This document shows positions 43,169-52,130 of a stretch of 64,000 nt of DNA, piece by piece. This stretch comes from an uncultured Oscillospiraceae bacterium (lineage in GTDB: Bacteria; Bacillota; Clostridia; Oscillospirales; Oscillospiraceae), in NCBI GenBank assembly GCA_910585735.1, contig CAJUEU010000003.1, positions 22,613 to 86,612 of the forward strand, read 5' to 3'. A program made the position numbers and the translations under genes. Positions within the stretch are counted from its first letter, which is position 1. The number at the start of each line of letters is the position of its first letter. The notes beneath the pieces are model-generated. The model saw only the letters and a list, made by a program, of their open reading frames with translations. It searched no databases and had not been told where the DNA came from.

Positions 43169-44449
43169 TTAGAGCGGGGAGGCGTAGACGGCCAGAGCTC
43201 CTGCCATGGCGTCCAGCATGGACTGGAGGAGGGCAGCGTCCTCCCGGGTGTACTGGCCCACCACGACCAGGGAGCAGGCACCATCAAAGCTGGCGGCCGA
43301 AATCTGCATCCCGGGCTTTTTCTTCAGGGGACCACCAAAAAGTCCGCCGGTGGGGACCAGGTCTCCCAGGGCCAGGGGCGCGCAGGGGATGTTGCCCAGA
43401 TTGGTCAGCCCCAGAGACATGGAGCCGTACAGCTTTCCGGCGACCTGGAGAAGAAGCCCCATGGGGAGGGTCCGGGCGGCGCCGTGGAGAAGGGGCATTC
43501 CGTAAAGGCCGGCGAGAGGGTCCTCCTTGGCGGTCCGGGTCTGGGCGGCCACCTGGGAGAGAATATCCGAAAAGGGAATCTCCCGGGTCAGCTCCAGGCA
43601 GGTGGGAAGGGAGCCCGAGAGGTTGCACAGACCCTCAGATTCTCCGCCGGGACAGTGGCGGCGCAGGTCCATCATGGAGGTGATCCCAATGGGATGGGAC
43701 AGGTCGGCGCCGGGAAGGGAAGCGTAGGCGTGGTAGCAGGAGGCCAGGAGCAGGTCGTTGGCGGTGGCGCCGGCCGCCTTGGCGTTCTGCCGGGCCTGGG
43801 TCATGACGGAAGCGGGGATCAAAACATGAGTCAGGCTGCGCAGGCCGGGCCGGGACACGGGAAAGGGGAAAGAGGAGCTGGCTGAGGAAAAGGGATTTTT
43901 GAGAAGAGAGAAAAGTTCCTTGGGGCTAAAATGCCGGTAGACCTGTTCGGCGGCCCGACTACCGTTTTTCACTTCCAGGCCTGCGGCGGTCCCGGTATCC
44001 TGAAGAAGCCGGTAAGCTTGGGCCAGCTTCTCCAGCAGATATTTCCCGTCGCCTCCATCTACGCAGAGATGACTGATGGTAACAACGACCGCACAGCAAT
44101 CCGGCCCCTGGACCAGAGAGCAAAGGAGCTGGGCCTTACTGTCGGGAGCGATGGGGAGAAGGGCAAGGCTTTGGGCGGTGGGGCCAGGGTCTCCAGCTGT
44201 CTCCACGTATTGAAAAAAGTGGCTGTCCTCAAGATCGTTGTTTATATGCCAGTGAGCGCCAAGGCTGTCCGAGAAAAAGGAGGCGTGAAGAATGTCCACA
44301 CGCTCTACCAGGGTCCGAACGGCGTCCCGGAGAAGCTCCGGGGCGGGGTGACCGGGGTAGTAGAGAAGAAAGCGGATGGTATTATCGTTAAACTCGTGGA
44401 CCAGGTACTGGGCCTTTTCGCCGGAGCCAGCCAAAAGAAATTTATCCAT
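43169..44449 (-). CDS. stand-alone condensation (C)-domain/CAT-superfamily acyltransferase-like protein
   Basis: 426 aa, with HxxxDG motif in VVTISHLCVDGGDGKYL. No adjacent A, T or PKS domains. Confidence 0.6.
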   Translation of the reverse strand: MDKFLLAGSGEKAQYLVHEFNDNTIRFLLYYPGHPAPELLRDAVRTLVERVDILHASFFSDSLGAHWHINNDLEDSHFFQYVETAGDPGPTAQSLALLPIAPDSKAQLLCSLVQGPDCCAVVVTISHLCVDGGDGKYLLEKLAQAYRLLQDTGTAAGLEVKNGSRAAEQVYRHFSPKELFSLLKNPFSSASSSFPFPVSRPGLRSLTHVLIPASVMTQARQNAKAAGATANDLLLASCYHAYASLPGADLSHPIGITSMMDLRRHCPGGESEGLCNLSGSLPTCLELTREIPFSDILSQVAAQTRTAKEDPLAGLYGMPLLHGAARTLPMGLLLQVAGKLYGSMSLGLTNLGNIPCAPLALGDLVPTGGLFGGPLKKKPGMQISAASFDGACSLVVVGQYTREDAALLQSMLDAMAGALAVYASPL

Positions 44450-44605
44450 AAGGACCTCCCCAACAGCATGAAATCAATAATGAGTAGGCCAATTATAGTG
44501 AAAAGGCTCCAAAAATGCAATAGGAACTGGGGATATAAAACAAATACAAGGAAAATGTTGAAAAGATAATGAACAACATCGGGAGAAACGTTGAAAAGGC
44601 AAGGG

Positions 44606-47188
44606 TTATCTGCGATGGAAGGCCTTTCCAACCTCACAGATCACCACCGGGGCGACGGCCAGAAGAAGGACCACTCCCCATTCCAGAGGGCTGAGGGGCA
44701 CGGTCTGGAAGATCTTCTGGAGGGGAGGAAGGGTAAGTACCGAAAGCTGCATGATAAGGCCCACCAAAAAAGCCTTGTTCATGGCGGGGTTGGAAAAGAC
44801 TCCGATGTGGAAGAGAGAGTGGCCTTCGCTGCGGACGTCAAAGGCGTGGAAGAGCTGGCAGAGGGTGAGGGTGGCGAAGGCCATGGTGTTGGCGGCCGAG
44901 GCGGCCTCGCCGGGGCCGGAAAGCACGTATTCGCCCAAGGCGTAGGCCGTCAGGGTAAGAGCACCCACCATGAGACCCTGCCAGAGGAGACGCAGGGAGA
45001 ACTGCCGGGTAAACAGGCTTTCCCCTGCCGGACGGGGCTTCTGGTCCATGACCCCATCTTCTACCGGCTCCACTCCCAGGGCCAGAGCGGGAAGGGAGTC
45101 GGTGACCAGATTGAGCCAGAGGAGCTGGACCGGCATAAGGGGCATTTGACGGAAATTGAGGACGGTGGCCACGAAAATGGTAAAGAGCTCCCCAATGTTG
45201 CAGGAAAGAAGGTAGTGGATGGCCTTGCGGATGTTGGCATAGATCCCCCGTCCCTGAGCCACCGCCGAGACGATGGTGGCAAAATTGTCGTCGGTGAGGA
45301 CCATATCGGCCGCTCCTTTGGCTACATCGGTGCCCGTTTTCCCCATGGCACAGCCAATGTGGGCGGCCCGGAGGGCGGGGGCGTCGTTGACCCCATCCCC
45401 GGTCATGGCCACCACCCGACCCTTTTTCCGCCAGGCCTCCACGATGCGGGTCTTATGCTCCGGGGAGACCCGGGCAAAGACGGAGAATTTCTCAATGTCC
45501 TGCTCCAGAAGCTCCTGAGGCATGAAGTCCAGCTCAGCTCCCGTTACCGCCAGGTCTCCGTCCCGGTATATGCCCAGCTCCTTTGCGATGGCCACGGCGG
45601 TGAGCCGGTGGTCCCCGGTGATCATCACCGGCTTGACCCCGGCGGTGCGGCACTGGGCCACGGCGGCCTTGACCTCGGCCCGGGGCGGGTCCATCATGCC
45701 CATAAGGCCTAAAAAGGTGAGGCTTGTCTCCAAGGCCTGGGAGGTGAGGGGAGAGGGGAGGGTCTCCAGGTCCCGGTAAGCGACTCCAAGCACCCGCAGG
45801 GCTTGGCGGGACATGCTGTTGATGGTGTCCCGGGCGGCGGAGAGCTGGGCATGGGAGAGGCCCGAGCGGGCCAGCAGTATGTCGGGGGCGCCTTTGACAT
45901 AGACCCGAAAGCCACCCCCCTCCCGGGGATGGACGGTGGACATGAGCTTTCTCTCGGAATCAAAGGGAAGTTCGGCCACCCGGGGAAAGGCCTTGTCCAG
46001 GTCGGCCTTCCAAAGTCCCTCCTGGGAGGCGGCTTCCACCAGGGCGATCTCGGTGGGATCCCCTATGGGACCGCATTCCCCCAGGGCCGCGTCACAGCAG
46101 AGGGCCGCGGCGGTGAGGAGCTGCCTGCGGTCGGTCCCCGGCGGGGTCCAGGTCTGGCGGACCGTCATTCTGTTTTGGGTGAGGGTGCCTGTCTTATCCG
46201 AGCAGATCACCCCGGCGCAGCCCAGGGTCTCTACGGCGGGGAGCTTTTTCACAATGGCCCCCTCCTTGGCCAGCCGCTGGACCCCAAGGGCTAGGACGAT
46301 GGTAACGATGGCGGGGAGCCCTTCAGGGATGGCCGCCACCGCCAGGGAGACGGCGGTCATGAACATGGAGAGAAGGTCCCGCCCTTCCAAAAGTCCCACC
46401 CCGAACATAACGGCGCAGACGCACAGGCAGATGAAGGAGAGGGTTTTGGAGATCTCACCCATCTTGTGCTGGAGGGGGGTCTCCCGGTCCTCCTGGTCCA
46501 GAAGCAGGTTGGCCACCCGGCCCACCTCGCTGTCCATGCCGGTGGACACCACCACTCCCACGGCCCGGCCGGCGGTGATGATGGTGGAGCCGATGACCAT
46601 AGTAGCCCGGTCGGCCAGGGGGGTCTCCCGAGGGAGGGCGCCGCCGACGTTTTTGTCCACCGGCACCGATTCCCCCGTCATGGCCGACTCATCCGCTTTG
46701 AGAGAAAAAGCCTCCAGAAGCCGGGCGTCGGCGGGAACAAGGTCCCCGGCCTCCAGGCGGATGACATCCCCGGGGACCACCTGGGCAGCGGGGAGCTTTT
46801 GCTCATTTCCCTCCCGGAGCACCCTGGCCATGGGAGCCGACATGCCCTGGAGGGCCTCCAAAGCCTTCTGGGCGCTGTTTTCCTGAGAGATGGAAATGAT
46901 GGCGTTCACCACGACGATGAGAAGGATAATGGCGCTGTCCAGCCAGTCCTCCCCTCCACTGGACCAGAGGGAGAGGGCGGCCGCCCCCAAAAGTACCAGG
47001 ATCATGGGGTCCTTTAGCTGGTCCCACAGCCGAAGAAGAAGGGGCCGGGGCGGTTTGCCTTTAAGGGTATTCGGGCCATATGTCTCCAGGCGGGCCCGGG
47101 CATCCGGGGCCGAAAGGCCCCGGCGGGGGTCAGCTTTGACCCGGGAGATGGTCTCCTCTTGGGTAAGGGTGTGCCAGTCCGTCATCAT
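44606..47188 (-). CDS. P-type cation-transporting ATPase (Ca2+/PMCA-SERCA-like, P2 type)
   Basis: ICSDKTGTLTQN phosphorylation site, TGES, MITGDH, TGDGVNDAPAL. About 10 TM segments. Confidence 0.93.
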   Translation of the reverse strand: MMTDWHTLTQEETISRVKADPRRGLSAPDARARLETYGPNTLKGKPPRPLLLRLWDQLKDPMILVLLGAAALSLWSSGGEDWLDSAIILLIVVVNAIISISQENSAQKALEALQGMSAPMARVLREGNEQKLPAAQVVPGDVIRLEAGDLVPADARLLEAFSLKADESAMTGESVPVDKNVGGALPRETPLADRATMVIGSTIITAGRAVGVVVSTGMDSEVGRVANLLLDQEDRETPLQHKMGEISKTLSFICLCVCAVMFGVGLLEGRDLLSMFMTAVSLAVAAIPEGLPAIVTIVLALGVQRLAKEGAIVKKLPAVETLGCAGVICSDKTGTLTQNRMTVRQTWTPPGTDRRQLLTAAALCCDAALGECGPIGDPTEIALVEAASQEGLWKADLDKAFPRVAELPFDSERKLMSTVHPREGGGFRVYVKGAPDILLARSGLSHAQLSAARDTINSMSRQALRVLGVAYRDLETLPSPLTSQALETSLTFLGLMGMMDPPRAEVKAAVAQCRTAGVKPVMITGDHRLTAVAIAKELGIYRDGDLAVTGAELDFMPQELLEQDIEKFSVFARVSPEHKTRIVEAWRKKGRVVAMTGDGVNDAPALRAAHIGCAMGKTGTDVAKGAADMVLTDDNFATIVSAVAQGRGIYANIRKAIHYLLSCNIGELFTIFVATVLNFRQMPLMPVQLLWLNLVTDSLPALALGVEPVEDGVMDQKPRPAGESLFTRQFSLRLLWQGLMVGALTLTAYALGEYVLSGPGEAASAANTMAFATLTLCQLFHAFDVRSEGHSLFHIGVFSNPAMNKAFLVGLIMQLSVLTLPPLQKIFQTVPLSPLEWGVVLLLAVAPVVICEVGKAFHRR

Positions 47189-47251
47189 GGGCGCTCAGAC
47201 CTTTCTTTGGAAAATTCTGACAGCACCATGATACAGGGCGGACTTGTCCGA

Positions 47252-47926
47252 TTACAAGGGAAACGTGGCGGCTTGGACCAAAGAAATCAGAAAGTCTTTT
47301 CCCGGCGCTTCCCGGGAAATTTGAGGCGGGAGAGCGGGGGAGGCGCGCAGCAGCCGGACACACCGCTCGACACTTCGGGCCACGGTGGTAGGCGGGAGCT
47401 TTTCCTCGGCGGAGAGCTGGAGATAGGCCTGCTTAAGAAGGGAGCAGCCGCCGGAGGAGAGAAGCTGGGCGCACCGGGCGGTAAGGAGAAAACCGGCGCG
47501 GCTTCGGGGAAGACCCAGCGTTTCCAGCAGGGCGCAGAGAGGCGCGAAAGACTCCTCTCCGCCGGAACGAGTAATGCGGCGGAGAAGCTCGGACCAGTCC
47601 ACCGGCTTGAGAAAGACAAAGTCGGCTCCCGCGGCAAAGGCGGCCCGAGCCGCCGCCTGCCCGGAGGCCAGGGTGATCGCCCAGACAGGGATAGGCTTTC
47701 GCCGAAGCCGACAGCGGCGGATGAGCTCCAGACCGCTGAAGCCGGGGAGGACCAGCTCGGTGAGGATCAGGCCGGGAGAGGCGGAAAGAGCCAGAGAAAG
47801 GGCCTCAGGTCCATTGGCCGCGGGGAGGACCTCCAGTCCCGCGCCCGTCAAAAGGGCGGACGCAAGCATCCGCTGCTGGGGGGAGGGCTCCACCAAAAGG
47901 ATCCGTTGGGGCGGCAGGAGGCTCAC
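47252..47926 (-). CDS. atypical (Asp-less) receiver domain fused to a Spo0A_C-like DNA-binding domain
   Basis: REC-like fold, but LLVEPSP replaces the acidic pair and LILTELVLPGFSG has Glu where the phospho-Asp is expected. The conserved Lys (FLKP) is kept. C-terminus LGLPRSRAGFLLTARCAQLL...TTVARSVERCVRLL resembles Spo0A_C. GTG start overlaps the upstream stop (GTGA). Confidence 0.65.
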   Translation of the reverse strand: MSLLPPQRILLVEPSPQQRMLASALLTGAGLEVLPAANGPEALSLALSASPGLILTELVLPGFSGLELIRRCRLRRKPIPVWAITLASGQAAARAAFAAGADFVFLKPVDWSELLRRITRSGGEESFAPLCALLETLGLPRSRAGFLLTARCAQLLSSGGCSLLKQAYLQLSAEEKLPPTTVARSVERCVRLLRASPALPPQISREAPGKDFLISLVQAATFPL

Positions 47927-48294
47927 GGCTCGGGAGCGATGGCGTCCAGCAGCTGCCGAAGGCCGATGATCATGCCGGAGAGAAGCTCCCGGTCAATGGG
48001 CTTCATGGAGGAAAGGTAGTCGGCCGCCAGAGCGGCGGTCTCCTGCGCGGGAGACCGGCCAAAAATCAGATAATCGCAGGATACCCCAAGGGCGGTGGCC
48101 AGACGGCCAAGCTTTACCATGGTCATACTCTGTTCTCCTTTCTCAAGCTGCGTGAGAAATTGAACCGAAGTCTCAGCGGCTTCGGCCACCTGTTCCAGAG
48201 TCAGACGCTTGGACTTACGGGCCAGCCGGATCCGCTGGCCGATTTTGCGTTGCTCCGCCAGATCACGGAGCCGGTCGTCTTTTTGTCTTGACAT
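47923..48294 (-). CDS. XRE-family HTH regulator
   Basis: IGQRIRLARKSKRLTLEQVAEAAETSVQFLTQLEKGEQSMTMVKLGRLATALGVSCDYLIFG. ATG 48294 follows AAGGAGG. Confidence 0.8.
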   Translation of the reverse strand: MSRQKDDRLRDLAEQRKIGQRIRLARKSKRLTLEQVAEAAETSVQFLTQLEKGEQSMTMVKLGRLATALGVSCDYLIFGRSPAQETAALAADYLSSMKPIDRELLSGMIIGLRQLLDAIAPEP

Positions 48295-48505
48295 AGCGAT
48301 AGCCTCCTTAGAGTCCGCCAAAGGGCGGACATGATAGCTATAGCTTGCCACAATTATGATGGAAAGGAATCAATGAAAACTGATAACTTATACAGCAATA
48401 AAATTGGAACGGGCAAAAATTTAAGGGAAAAAGACAGAAGCGGCGGGAAGAAACAGGTTCCGTAAGGAGGGGAAAGAAAAAATTATACAAAATTCTGGAT
48501 TTCCT

Positions 48506-48534
48506 TTGCATTTCCCGCCTTCTTTTGCTATAAT
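48506..48534 (+). promoter_or_regulatory. putative sigma-A promoter of glmU-prs
   Basis: TTGCAT, 17 nt, TATAAT. Confidence 0.55.
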
Positions 48535-48564
48535 AATAGTAATTGAAATTTGGCCTGTGGGCCC

Positions 48565-49740
48565 ATGGGAGTGATGACAGTGGACGCTCTTGGCGCTATT
48601 GTATTTCTGTCCCGGGATGAGCGGGGCGCATCCCCTCTTCTCAACGATATTTTATTTGACCCGGCAGCCCTGTGGCTGTCGGAGACCTTACGTTCCGCCG
48701 GTGTGGAGCGTTTTTTTGTGGTCTGTGAGCCGGAGGACGTTCAGGCGGCAGCCCAGTGCTTCCCGGAGGGGACCGCTGTGGTGGCCGACGGGAATGCCGA
48801 CGCCACCGCCCGGCTCCATGCCTTTTTGGAGGAGAACCCGGGGGACGTGACCGTGGTCACCCGGCCCGTCCTTCTGGCCCCTGAGGGAACGAGCTTTTCC
48901 CTGCCTGGGAAGGAGCCGGCCAAAAGCGTGTTTGCCCTGAAGGGGGCGGGACTGCTTTCCGCCCTTCGGGACGGGAAGGGCTTTGGGGAGGCTGTGTCCG
49001 CGCTGGGGGATACCGCCCCCTGGCGGGGGAGGTATGTGCCCCTGAAAAACGACCTTTCCTACCGGGCTTTTACGGTGGAACCTCTGGCCAGGGGACTGAG
49101 CGTGGAGCGGCTGCTGGCCGCGGGCGTGCGGGTGATGGATCCGGCCAACACCTATGTGGGTCCCGCCGTCACTGTAGGGGAGGGGAGCACCCTGCTCCCG
49201 GGTACCATCCTCCGGGGGAGGACCACTGTGGGAAGGGACTGCAGCCTGGGGCCAAACACCCTGATCCGGGACTGTGCCATCGGAGATTCCGTGACCGTGA
49301 ACTCCTCCCAGCTCAACGAGAGCGTGGTGGAGGATGAGGTGGTCATTGGGCCTTTCGCTTACATACGACCTCACTGCCTGCTGATGAAAAAGGCCAAGGT
49401 GGGGGATTTTGTGGAACTGAAAAATTCCACCATTGGCGAGGGCACCAAGATCAGCCACCTGACCTATGTGGGGGACACCGACGCGGGGGCTCATATCAAC
49501 TTTGGCTGCGGCACGGTGACTGTAAACTACGACGGAGCCCAAAAGTTCCGCACTACCATCGGGGATGGGGCGTTTATCGGCTGCAACACCAACCTGGTGG
49601 CCCCGGTGACCATCGGGGAGGGAGCGTATACCGCCGCGGGCAGTACCATCACGGAGGATGTGCCCCCCGACTCCCTGGCCATCGCCCGGGAGCGGCAGAG
49701 CGTGAAAAAGAACTGGGCAAAACGCCGCCGGGGGAACTGA
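48565..49740 (+). CDS. glmU: GlmU-like protein: canonical left-handed beta-helix acetyltransferase domain, degenerate N-terminal nucleotidyltransferase domain
   Basis: The C-terminal hexapeptide-repeat region is typical of GlmU (HLTYVGDTDAGAHINFGCGTVTVNYDGAQKFRTTIGDGAFIG). In the N-terminus the LAAGKGTRM signature reads VFLSRDERG. The start is ambiguous (TTG 48550, ATG 48565/48574, GTG 48580). Conserved position upstream of prs. Confidence 0.8.
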   Translation: MGVMTVDALGAIVFLSRDERGASPLLNDILFDPAALWLSETLRSAGVERFFVVCEPEDVQAAAQCFPEGTAVVADGNADATARLHAFLEENPGDVTVVTRPVLLAPEGTSFSLPGKEPAKSVFALKGAGLLSALRDGKGFGEAVSALGDTAPWRGRYVPLKNDLSYRAFTVEPLARGLSVERLLAAGVRVMDPANTYVGPAVTVGEGSTLLPGTILRGRTTVGRDCSLGPNTLIRDCAIGDSVTVNSSQLNESVVEDEVVIGPFAYIRPHCLLMKKAKVGDFVELKNSTIGEGTKISHLTYVGDTDAGAHINFGCGTVTVNYDGAQKFRTTIGDGAFIGCNTNLVAPVTIGEGAYTAAGSTITEDVPPDSLAIARERQSVKKNWAKRRRGN

Positions 49741-49834
49741 TCCCACCCAACTTGTCCATTTGGCCCCTGTGTGGGGGATGGAAATAGAATAGAGGAAACA
49801 GAAAATACACAAAAGAAGAGAGGATGTGGAGAAC

Positions 49835-50791
49835 ATGATCTCGCATGGAAAGGACATCAAGATTTTCTCCGGAAACGCAAATCCCGTGTTGGCCCAGGCC
49901 ATCTGCAAAAGGCTGAATACCGAGCTGGGAAGCGCCGAGGTGGGCCGCTTCTCCGATGGAGAGGCATTCTGCTCCCTGTACGAGACCGTTCGGGGATCCG
50001 ATGTGTTTGTGGTGCAGTCCACCTGTGGGCCGGTGAACGACAATCTGATGGAGCTTCTTATTATGATCGACGCCCTTCGCCGGGCGTCGGCCGGCCGGAT
50101 CACCGCGGTCATGCCCTACTTTGGCTATGCCCGGCAGGACCGAAAGGCCAAGCCCCGGGATCCCATCTCGGCCAAGCTGGTGGCTAATATGATCACCACC
50201 GCCGGGGCCGACCGGGTGCTTACCATGGACCTTCACGCCTCCCAGATCCAGGGTTTCTTTGATATTCCTGTGGACAACCTGCTGGGCAGTCCCATCTTTG
50301 CCCATTACTATCACGACCGTTTTGTGGGGCAGGAGGACTCCACCGTGGTGGTTTCTCCCGATGTGGGCAGTGTGTCCCGGGCCCGGACCTTTGCCCAGAA
50401 GCTGGGTCTGCCCCTGGCCATTGTGGACAAGCGGCGGCAGAAGGCCAACTCCTCCGAGGTCATGAACATCATCGGTGACGTGAAGGGCAAGCAGGTCATC
50501 CTGCTGGACGATATGGTGGATACTGCCGGTTCCCTCTGCCACGCCGCACAGGCTCTGGTGGATATCGGCGGCGCTACCGACGTGTACGCCTGCGCCAGCC
50601 ACGGCGTTCTCTCCGGTCCCGCCTACGATCGTATTGAGCAGAGCCCCATCAAGGAGCTACTGCTGCTGGATTCCATTCCCGCCCAACGGGAGAACTTCCC
50701 CAAGATCAAGTATCTCACCGTGGCCGACCTGTTTGCCGAGGCCATCGAGCGGATCTATCAGGAGATCTCGGTGTCCAAGCTGTTCAATTAA
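49835..50791 (+). CDS. prs: ribose-phosphate pyrophosphokinase
   Basis: IKIFSGNANPVLAQAI..., YFGYARQDRK, DLHASQIQGFF, ILLDDMVDTAGS. Confidence 0.95.
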   Translation: MISHGKDIKIFSGNANPVLAQAICKRLNTELGSAEVGRFSDGEAFCSLYETVRGSDVFVVQSTCGPVNDNLMELLIMIDALRRASAGRITAVMPYFGYARQDRKAKPRDPISAKLVANMITTAGADRVLTMDLHASQIQGFFDIPVDNLLGSPIFAHYYHDRFVGQEDSTVVVSPDVGSVSRARTFAQKLGLPLAIVDKRRQKANSSEVMNIIGDVKGKQVILLDDMVDTAGSLCHAAQALVDIGGATDVYACASHGVLSGPAYDRIEQSPIKELLLLDSIPAQRENFPKIKYLTVADLFAEAIERIYQEISVSKLFN

Positions 50792-50934
50792 GGAGCGAGG
50801 AGATAGGTCGCTTCGGGCCGAAGGCGCGAAACGACCCGGGCCGGTTGCTCGGCAAAGCCGAGTGATGGCCCCAGGCATATAGAGACGTCGTTCCCCCAAA
50901 GGGGGAACGACGTCCCGGCAATCAGAGATTGCCC

Positions 50935-50964
50935 AGGGGCGGGACAATTCCCCGCCCCCTTTTC
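50935..50964 (+). terminator. terminator-like hairpin abutting the pth RBS
   Basis: GGGGCGGG/CCCGCCCC stem followed by CTTTTCT, ending about 17 nt before the pth ATG. Confidence 0.7.
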
Positions 50965-50981
50965 TGTGCAGGAGGGATCCT

Positions 50982-51578
50982 ATGCTTTTCGGCAGAAATA
51001 AGGCCCCGGGGGTGTCCTGGCTCGTTGTGGGCCTGGGGAACCTGGGGGAGGAATATGAGAGGACCCGGCACAACGCCGGGTTTGAGGTGGTGGACCTGCT
51101 GGCCCAAAGCCTGGGGGTCAGGATCCAGCGGCTCAAGTTTAAGGCCCTTATCGCTGCGGCGGACATTGGGGACCAGAAGGTACTGCTCATGAAGCCCACC
51201 ACCTATATGAACCTCTCCGGGGAGGCGGTGGAGCAGGCGGTCTCCTTTTATAAGGTGCCCCCCGAGCGTATTTTAGTGATCTCGGACGAGGTGGCCCTGC
51301 CTCCCGGCAAGCTGCGGATCCGAGCCTCCGGCTCGGCGGGGGGGCACAACGGCCTGAAAAACATCATTCTCCATCTCCACTCCGACCAGTTTCCCCGGAT
51401 CCGGGTGGGGGTGGGCAACAAGCCCCACCCCGATTACGACATGGCGGACTGGGTGTTAGGAAGACCTATGGGAGAGGACCGTAAGGCTCTGGATGAGGCA
51501 GAGAAAAAGGCAGCTGAGGCCATCGGGGTCATTCTGGAAAAAGGACTGGACCGGGCGATGGAGAAATACAATCGGTAA
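50982..51578 (+). CDS. pth: peptidyl-tRNA hydrolase
   Basis: LVVGLGNLGEEYERTRHNAGF..., KPTTYMNLSGEAV, GGHNGLKNI. Confidence 0.95.
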   Translation: MLFGRNKAPGVSWLVVGLGNLGEEYERTRHNAGFEVVDLLAQSLGVRIQRLKFKALIAAADIGDQKVLLMKPTTYMNLSGEAVEQAVSFYKVPPERILVISDEVALPPGKLRIRASGSAGGHNGLKNIILHLHSDQFPRIRVGVGNKPHPDYDMADWVLGRPMGEDRKALDEAEKKAAEAIGVILEKGLDRAMEKYNR

Positions 51579-51597
51579 TATCTGCAAAAAATATAAC

Positions 51598-51630
51598 TAA
51601 AACGCCTGCCGACACCGGCAGGCGTTTTCC
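51598..51630. terminator. bidirectional terminator
   Basis: Stem AACGCCTGCCG/CGGCAGGCGTT flanked by A and T runs. Confidence 0.8.
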
Positions 51631-51644
51631 TTAAAAACACAGAT

Positions 51645-52130
51645 TCAGGCGGTGAGGGCGGAGCGGAGCTTCATCCGCTTCCAGAGCTGGACAGTCTCGA
51701 TGGTGGCGCAGAGCTTGTCGGCCAGGCTCACGGTCCATGCCTCCCGGGAGCGGGGGAGGTGAAGGGCTAAGGGCCACATGTGGGCCAGGATCACATTACG
51801 CTCTTTGGGGGTGAGGGGGGTAAGAGCCTCGGCGTTGCGCAGGGCAAACACCGGGTGGTCGAAGCACTGAAGGCCGGGGTGGGCCGATTGGTCGTTCCAG
51901 CGGTAAAGGTACAGGTCGTGGAGCAGTCCGCACCGGGCGCAGGAGCGGTAGTCCAGCCCCCAGCGGCGGGCCAGGCGGAAGGCCACGTAGGACACGAAAA
52001 CCGAGTGCTCGTAGCAGCTCACCCCGGGATGGTGGGGGAGCTGGCGCATGGACTGGACCTGGGAGGTCTGGATCAGATCCCGCACGCAGTCCAGGTAAGC
52101 CACCCGGTTGGGAGAATCAATGAGCTTCAT
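51645..52130 (-). CDS. HD-domain phosphohydrolase
   Basis: HHPGVSCYEHSVFVSYVA...GLLHDLYLY (H...HD motif). ATG 52130 follows AAAGGAG. Confidence 0.8.
   Translation of the reverse strand: MKLIDSPNRVAYLDCVRDLIQTSQVQSMRQLPHHPGVSCYEHSVFVSYVAFRLARRWGLDYRSCARCGLLHDLYLYRWNDQSAHPGLQCFDHPVFALRNAEALTPLTPKERNVILAHMWPLALHLPRSREAWTVSLADKLCATIETVQLWKRMKLRSALTA

Noticed and set aside
48295-48564. oriC call at the strand-polarity switch
   Set aside because: There are only two weak DnaA-box-like 9-mers (7/9 and 8/9), no dnaA or dnaN, and ordinary promoters explain the spacer. It is kept as a low-interest observation, not a feature.
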